From the IMG/VR virus record IMGVR_UViG_3300030433_001629, positions 1 to 28,894 of that record: a DNA stretch of 28,894 nt; one strand, given 5' to 3'. Position 1 is the stretch's first letter; each line of letters starts with the position of its first letter. The position numbers and the translations under genes were made by a program. The notes beneath the pieces are model-generated. The model saw only the letters and a program-made list of their open reading frames with translations. It ran no database searches and was not told the origin of the DNA. This stretch comes from a virus (taxonomy: Duplodnaviria > Caudoviricetes). Shown piece by piece: positions 24,845 to 28,894 of the stretch.

Positions 24845-25076
24845 TTTTGGTAAGGTATTGGGGGTTAATATTCAGCTTCTCACAGACCGTCAAGAATTCC
24901 GAAACGGTCAGCTTGCCTGGATCCTGGATCTTGTAGCGCAGGGTTTCGACGCTCATGTCCAGTTCTTGAGCCAGGTCTTTTCTGGTCATGCCTTGCATGC
25001 TAATGCTTGACTCAATGGCCTCTTTGGTCCGGGCCTTGAATGCGCTACGGTGCAGCGCTACTTTCAATTCACTCAT
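24834..25076 (-). CDS. XRE/Cro-like HTH transcriptional regulator, 80 aa
   Basis: GMTRKDLAQELDMSVETLRYKI....LTVSE....CEKL HTH pattern. Confidence 0.8.
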   Translation of the reverse strand: MSELKVALHRSAFKARTKEAIESSISMQGMTRKDLAQELDMSVETLRYKIQDPGKLTVSEFLTVCEKLNINPQYLTKNGK

Positions 25077-25191
25077 CGTGTTTAGTTATTTCGCACCACT
25101 CTTTGCAAGCGGAGCAGATTGGTATGTCTGGGTGTACGGGAGCTCCACAGCAGTCGCTTGTCTCCGTGAGGTATTCTTCTGGGTCAAGCAT
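25069..25191 (-). CDS. Small zinc-ribbon protein, 40 aa
   Basis: Hand-translated MLDPEEYLTETSDCCGAPVHPDIPICSACKEWCEITKHDE; SxCCGA...CxxCKExC motif; overlaps both neighbours by 8 nt. Confidence 0.7.
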   Translation of the reverse strand: MLDPEEYLTETSDCCGAPVHPDIPICSACKEWCEITKHDE

Positions 25192-25477
25192 CCTCCACCT
25201 CTTTGAGGATGCGCTCTGCCAATTCCATGAGGTCAAAGCCGGGCATGAGCTCTTCGAGTATCGATTCGATGTCTCCGCTTTCGTTCTTGCCCACGCACAT
25301 CGTTATCTTCTGTATCTCGATGCTGCTTGGGCTTCCGGGGTGGCCGGATCCGTCAGGGTAGTATAGCACCTCTCGTTCTCCTGGGTCGTAGCTGTAGTAA
25401 ACTCTAAACCACGCGCCTTGTCTTGTTAGGTCCGCCTGTTCTTCGTAGACGGCCCATGTTTCCCATTCTCCTTTCAC
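25184..25477 (-). CDS. Hypothetical early protein, 97 aa
   Basis: GTG start overlaps the upstream stop (GTGA); YDPGE...YYPDGSG.PG.P motif. Confidence 0.6.
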   Translation of the reverse strand: MKGEWETWAVYEEQADLTRQGAWFRVYYSYDPGEREVLYYPDGSGHPGSPSSIEIQKITMCVGKNESGDIESILEELMPGFDLMELAERILKEVEDA

Positions 25478-25668
25478 AGCTGTTTGATGTCTTGGTGTAA
25501 CGAATCGAACACCGGATGAGGCATCCACCCGTAGTATTCGTTGAGCTTGTTCAGCACCTCGTGCTTCATCTCCTCTCGTCCGAGCTTGTGCTCTCTGTCG
25601 AAGTCCTCCTGGAGCCAGTTGCGTTGGTCCAGAGGATGCAGTCCTTTGTCTTTTATCCTTGCCATCAT
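25474..25668 (-). CDS. Hypothetical early protein, 64 aa
   Basis: ATGA overlap with the upstream gene. Confidence 0.6.
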   Translation of the reverse strand: MMARIKDKGLHPLDQRNWLQEDFDREHKLGREEMKHEVLNKLNEYYGWMPHPVFDSLHQDIKQL

Positions 25669-25868
25669 CCACGCAGTTTGCGTTCTTCCAACAATCGCTC
25701 GCAATCTCGGATGACCATGCGGGCAGTCGCTGCGGTCACACGATCCTGCATTGTGGCAGTGCCGTTTGCAATCTTGTATTCTGCGCGAATCTTCTTCGTG
25801 TTTGCCGCGCTAATCGACGCTGACAACGTTGCGTTGTCCGCTTGTTCGAGCATGTTCAGAAATGTCAT
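25665..25868 (-). CDS. Hypothetical early protein, 67 aa
   Basis: A/C-rich leader CACAAAACTGAATACC-ATG. Confidence 0.65.
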   Translation of the reverse strand: MTFLNMLEQADNATLSASISAANTKKIRAEYKIANGTATMQDRVTAATARMVIRDCERLLEERKLRG

Positions 25869-25892
25869 GGTATTCAGTTTTGTGGTTGCACT

Positions 25893-25918
25893 AAAAAAGG
25901 GCAGGTCGTTCCTGCCCT
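25893..25918 (-). terminator. Rho-independent terminator after the first early gene
   Basis: Minus strand AGGGCAGG-AACGA-CCTGCCCT-TTTTT: perfect 8-bp stem plus U tract. Confidence 0.8.
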
Positions 25919-25931
25919 GTTGGGTTCTTTC

Positions 25932-26210
25932 TTATTTCTCGTAGGCATTGATAATGCGTTCGCAAGCCATCTCATCGATCTCGTGACTCTTGTCTGGGTA
26001 CAAGTTGAGGAACTTCATGCTTGGTCGAAACCAAGAGCCACCTCCACGTCCGTCGTTTGTTATGTCTCCCCACGGTGAAAGGTCCACCTCGTAGGCGACT
26101 CCATCCCTGGTTCTATAGTAGCACACGCTTTTGCATGCGTTCAGCAAGACTTCTTCCGTTTTTGTTTTCGGTTCGGATCCGACTTCTTCAAGGTATTCCG
26201 CGTAGGTCAT
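25932..26210 (-). CDS. Hypothetical early protein, 92 aa
   Basis: First gene after the divergent promoter region; NDGRGG motif; A/C-rich leader. Confidence 0.7.
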   Translation of the reverse strand: MTYAEYLEEVGSEPKTKTEEVLLNACKSVCYYRTRDGVAYEVDLSPWGDITNDGRGGGSWFRPSMKFLNLYPDKSHEIDEMACERIINAYEK

Positions 26211-26232
26211 GGTATTGGGTTTTGTGTTGGGT

Positions 26233-26268
26233 GCAAGTTACATCATACTTTGCTTTAATCCAAATATA
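26233..26268 (-). promoter_or_regulatory. Leftward Bacteroidota-type early promoter(s)
   Basis: Minus strand TTTG-N20-TAACTTGC (26264-26233), plus an exact TATATTTG (-7 box) at 26268-26261. Confidence 0.5.
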
Positions 26269-26290
26269 TTTTGACTTGATTCCATCTTTT

Positions 26291-26321
26291 TTTGGACTTC
26301 GCTCACGATCGTGTACCTTTG
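26291..26321 (+). promoter_or_regulatory. Rightward Bacteroidota housekeeping promoter (-33 TTTG / -7 TAnnTTTG)
   Basis: TTTG at 26291-26294, a 19-nt spacer, then TACCTTTG at 26314-26321: an exact consensus match. Confidence 0.8.
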
Positions 26322-26349
26322 TCGTATGTCAAACCCAAAACCAAAAGAC

Positions 26350-26505
26350 ATGGATAGTATTATTGAAGCGCTCCAGGCGCAGATTGAACGCGTGAAGTGG
26401 AACGTTGAATACCACGAGAAGAAGCTGAAGGAGGAGCAGCTGCAACTCGCGGCTCTTGAAGCCGCCGTGCATCACCACAAAACCTTTGGTCATGAGTCAA
26501 AGTGA
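26350..26505 (+). CDS. Hypothetical coiled-coil protein, 51 aa
   Basis: A-rich leader CAAAACCAAAAGAC-ATG downstream of the promoter. Confidence 0.6.
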   Translation: MDSIIEALQAQIERVKWNVEYHEKKLKEEQLQLAALEAAVHHHKTFGHESK

Positions 26506-26842
26506 AATTGTAGCATCTACTTTCCGTTGGTCCAACGAGGCCACTGGAATTGTAGGCTCTGACATCTTGAGCAACCCAGAGACGATTGGTCAAATCCGAA
26601 GCGAGATGCGTCCCTGGTATGACGAGGATGAATGCATCGGTCAAGTGCTGCGCGTCTTGGAATCCAACCGCGAGGAGCACGAGTGGACAGATGAGGACGG
26701 CTTTGTCCGCATTGTCATCTTCAACTTCCTATGTAAGACGTGGGAGACACCGTCGTATCGCGACGTGAACCTGCGTGAGATAGCTCGTGCTGTAGCCGAG
26801 GTGCTTATGGCCCATGAGCCAATGATGAAGCCTAATGAATAA
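26492..26842 (+). CDS. Hypothetical acidic protein, 116 aa
   Basis: Start MSQSEIV overlaps the previous gene; W.NEAT...VNLREIA pattern. Confidence 0.6.
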   Translation: MSQSEIVASTFRWSNEATGIVGSDILSNPETIGQIRSEMRPWYDEDECIGQVLRVLESNREEHEWTDEDGFVRIVIFNFLCKTWETPSYRDVNLREIARAVAEVLMAHEPMMKPNE

Positions 26843-26975
26843 GGGACAAGTCATCCGTCGCACCATGACGGATCCACGCTTGGTGCGTGCCCTCCCCGGC
26901 CACAAGCAGAGGCTTGCCTTGGCTCTGTCCTTAATTACTGGACAGGAGATTCGGGTATCAAAGGAGCGGCGGTAG
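26835..26975 (+). CDS. Possible small basic ORF, 46 aa
   Basis: Hand-translated MNKGQVIRRT...; 8-nt overlap with the previous gene; overlaps the end of the convergent phosphoesterase gene. Confidence 0.3.
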   Translation: MNKGQVIRRTMTDPRLVRALPGHKQRLALALSLITGQEIRVSKERR

Positions 26976-27816
26976 CCACAATTTGTCGAGGGTGCTTCTT
27001 GGTCTTGTGCTTGATGTGCAGGTCTAAGAGGTACCCTCCTGTTGGCTTTGGGGGTCGTCCTCGCTCGACGTGGAATCCAAGGTACCCCTCTGCGTATTCC
27101 TCTTTGTACGTCGGTGTCCTTACTTGCAGCACCTCCTTGAGCTGCACCTTGTTGTTTTTGTTCAGCCTCTCCACCATGTTCACCATTGCGTAGCTCTCGT
27201 GGACGTGTCCCATCCAGATGCAGTCTGCTCCTTGGATCTGTGCGAGCATCCTCTGGTTCTGAATTGTACCCCGTGTCACCGGGCCGCCTCCTCCGGCTCC
27301 GTGGAAGTATTTAATCTTGTATCCGATGCCCGCTCCTCCGGCAGCGTGTTTCCACTTCAGCACGATCCACCCACCGTATCCGCCCACTTGTATTTCGGAC
27401 TTGGTCCTGGCGTTCAGCAAATCTGCGAGGCGTTGGATCAGGTCCGTTTCGCAGTTCTTTAGGATGCTTGTCTCGTGGTTTCCGTAGCCGATGACCTTGA
27501 TGATTGAGGCGTAAGGCTCGAACCACTCCGCTGCTGTCTGCACCAGTGCGTCGAGGTAGTTGGGCACGTTGTGCTCTTCTCGGATGTCGTCTCTGGATCG
27601 TCGTCCGTCGTAGCGTCCCTGCATAGCGCAGAAGGTGTCGCCGTTAAGGAACACCGGGATGTCCTGGTCTTTGCAGTAGTCCAGGTGGCTCTTGAGCAGT
27701 TCTCGGTCGCAGTGCGGGTTGTCCCAGTGCAAATCCGAAAGCAGCCCGAAGCGGTACCTCTGGTGATCCGTGTCGTATGCGTAGTCGAACTCGTGGACGT
27801 TGTTTCTATCCTTCAT
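26935..27816 (-). CDS. Calcineurin-like metallophosphoesterase, 293 aa
   Basis: All five motifs present: SDLH, NGD, GNHE, FHG and GHVH; start at MKDRNNV. Confidence 0.9.
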   Translation of the reverse strand: MKDRNNVHEFDYAYDTDHQRYRFGLLSDLHWDNPHCDRELLKSHLDYCKDQDIPVFLNGDTFCAMQGRYDGRRSRDDIREEHNVPNYLDALVQTAAEWFEPYASIIKVIGYGNHETSILKNCETDLIQRLADLLNARTKSEIQVGGYGGWIVLKWKHAAGGAGIGYKIKYFHGAGGGGPVTRGTIQNQRMLAQIQGADCIWMGHVHESYAMVNMVERLNKNNKVQLKEVLQVRTPTYKEEYAEGYLGFHVERGRPPKPTGGYLLDLHIKHKTKKHPRQIVATAAPLIPESPVQ

Positions 27817-28036
27817 TGTTCTCGGGTTCAAAGAAGGACAAGCACAGAGGCAAAACTCCGACGGCACACAGGGTGACCAGAGGCCAGGTGCATCCCGTTT
27901 CGAGTATCTCGTGGCAGGCTGTTAGGACGATGGATCCACCGATGGTGCGCTTTGCGCTCCACCTCTTTAGGTCGCCTTTCGTTTTAAAGGCTTGCGTTAG
28001 GTCAAGCCCGGACAGGAGCTGTGCGACCTTATTCAC
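27806..28036 (-). CDS. Small membrane protein (holin-like), ~76 aa
   Basis: RWSAKRTIGG followed by two hydrophobic segments; in the lysis cluster; GTG start assumed. Confidence 0.55.
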   Translation of the reverse strand: MNKVAQLLSGLDLTQAFKTKGDLKRWSAKRTIGGSIVLTACHEILETGCTWPLVTLCAVGVLPLCLSFFEPENNEG

Positions 28037-28217
28037 TATCCTTGATTCGGTCCGTGACAATCGCGTTGATTAGCGTGTCCAGGTATCCGAAGACTCTGTT
28101 ATCTGTTTCGGTCGGTGTAAGGTTCACCACCACTTTGGAAAAGGCCAGGAGCGCAATCAAGAGCTCTCCCCAGTTGTCCAGGAAGAATGCGCCTGTAGTT
28201 GAAAGTAAGAGTGTCAT
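28029..28217 (-). CDS. Holin-like membrane protein, 62 aa
   Basis: Hydrophobic segment followed by LTPT..DN motif; ATGA overlap with the endolysin stop. Confidence 0.6.
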   Translation of the reverse strand: MTLLLSTTGAFFLDNWGELLIALLAFSKVVVNLTPTETDNRVFGYLDTLINAIVTDRIKDSE

Positions 28218-28603
28218 CTGTATAACCATATAATTCCCGGCGTTTTGTCCGGGTCGCTGTCGCAATGGACGAAGGTTGCGCCAATTCCGATGCGCGTGAT
28301 TCCGGCTTTGATTAAGCCTCGGACGACCTTGTATCTCGTCTTGCTATCTGGAGTGCTTATGTCGGCTGCGTAGCCGAGCAGATGGCTGCTGTTCTTCGAA
28401 GTTTTGTAGCCTTGCTCGGTAAGGTAGTCGTGGTGTTCGGGCGTGCGGTAGCCGCTTGTCACTCGGTATGGGCATCCACTGTGTTTGCGTGCCTGGTCGA
28501 GTTGTGCGACAAATTCCAGAACCATGCACTCCTTGCCGGATCCTGGCGCGTCTGGGCTGTCGAACTCGGCAGGGACGAAGTGGTCAATGTCGGACCACGT
28601 CAT
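28214..28603 (-). CDS. Endolysin, peptidase M15 family, 129 aa
   Basis: F...EFD, TSGYR, SSHLLGYAADI and FVHCD zinc-peptidase motifs. Confidence 0.9.
   Translation of the reverse strand: MTWSDIDHFVPAEFDSPDAPGSGKECMVLEFVAQLDQARKHSGCPYRVTSGYRTPEHHDYLTEQGYKTSKNSSHLLGYAADISTPDSKTRYKVVRGLIKAGITRIGIGATFVHCDSDPDKTPGIIWLYR
28228..28250 (-). promoter_or_regulatory. Candidate late promoter (GGACAAAAC-N8-TTATAT)
   Basis: 10 nt before the holin-like ATG, inside the endolysin 3' end. Confidence 0.4.
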
Positions 28604-28809
28604 TTGATTTGGTTGCTTGCAAGCAGCAGCTTGATTTCGTTGACCTTGGACAACAGCTCGTTCAGGATCTGCTTGGTATCGGACTCGCTCTTCTCCAGAA
28701 GCGCCACCCGTCCTTGGAGCTTTTGCACTTCGCTTGAGAGCTTGAAGTAGACACCAATCAATGCCCCGGCCAAGCTGAGTATTTCAAATATGGTCAGCGT
28801 GTCATTCAT
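28600..28809 (-). CDS. Single-TM coiled-coil protein (lysis-associated), 69 aa
   Basis: N-terminal TM (IFEILSLAGALIGVYF) followed by a heptad coiled coil; ATGA-coupled to the endolysin. Confidence 0.7.
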   Translation of the reverse strand: MNDTLTIFEILSLAGALIGVYFKLSSEVQKLQGRVALLEKSESDTKQILNELLSKVNEIKLLLASNQIK

Positions 28810-28894
28810 CTTCGCTTGGTGGCTCGGGGTTGATGTCGACCAGGTACTCGTAAAGCAGAGCAGCGATTTGTCGGACGGATGTACGCACCTCTTC
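28796..28894. repeat. Terminal direct repeat, copy 2
   Basis: Identical to 1-99. Confidence 0.95.

Noticed and set aside
1-28894. tRNA, structured ncRNA, DGR or alternative genetic code
   Set aside because: Intergenic gaps are very short, no cloverleaf or reverse transcriptase was seen, and genes are intact in code 11 using all three stop codons.

Overview
The window is an apparently complete, circular-assembled genome (28,795 bp; bases 1-99 are identical to 28796-28894) of a tailed dsDNA phage, probably siphovirus-like and infecting Bacteroidota (Flavobacteriia-like). The host inference rests on a perfect TTTG-N19-TAnnTTTG promoter and A-rich, SD-less translation starts. Almost all genes are on the minus strand and are tightly coupled by ATGA/TGATG overlaps. 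Order of modules in the direction of transcription: small early ORFs, an HTH regulator, a replication initiator with internal 22-bp iterons, a helicase-loader-like protein, m5C and m4C/m6A methyltransferases, NinG, an ECF-like sigma factor, a ParB-fused methyltransferase, the terminase subunits, tail genes, prohead protease/scaffold/capsid, tail tube, portal, fibre, the lysis genes and a metallophosphoesterase. No integrase, DNA polymerase, tRNA or CRISPR array was seen. Features missing from the ORF track: a -1 frameshift in the tail chaperone; a recurring AAC-N9-TTATAT(CT) candidate late promoter; an antisense three-gene cassette (lipoprotein, 53-aa EF-hand micro-protein, 79-aa protein); a 27-aa membrane micro-ORF between terS and terL; and an apparent excess of GGATCC sites. 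All product calls come from motif recognition and gene context, not database searches.
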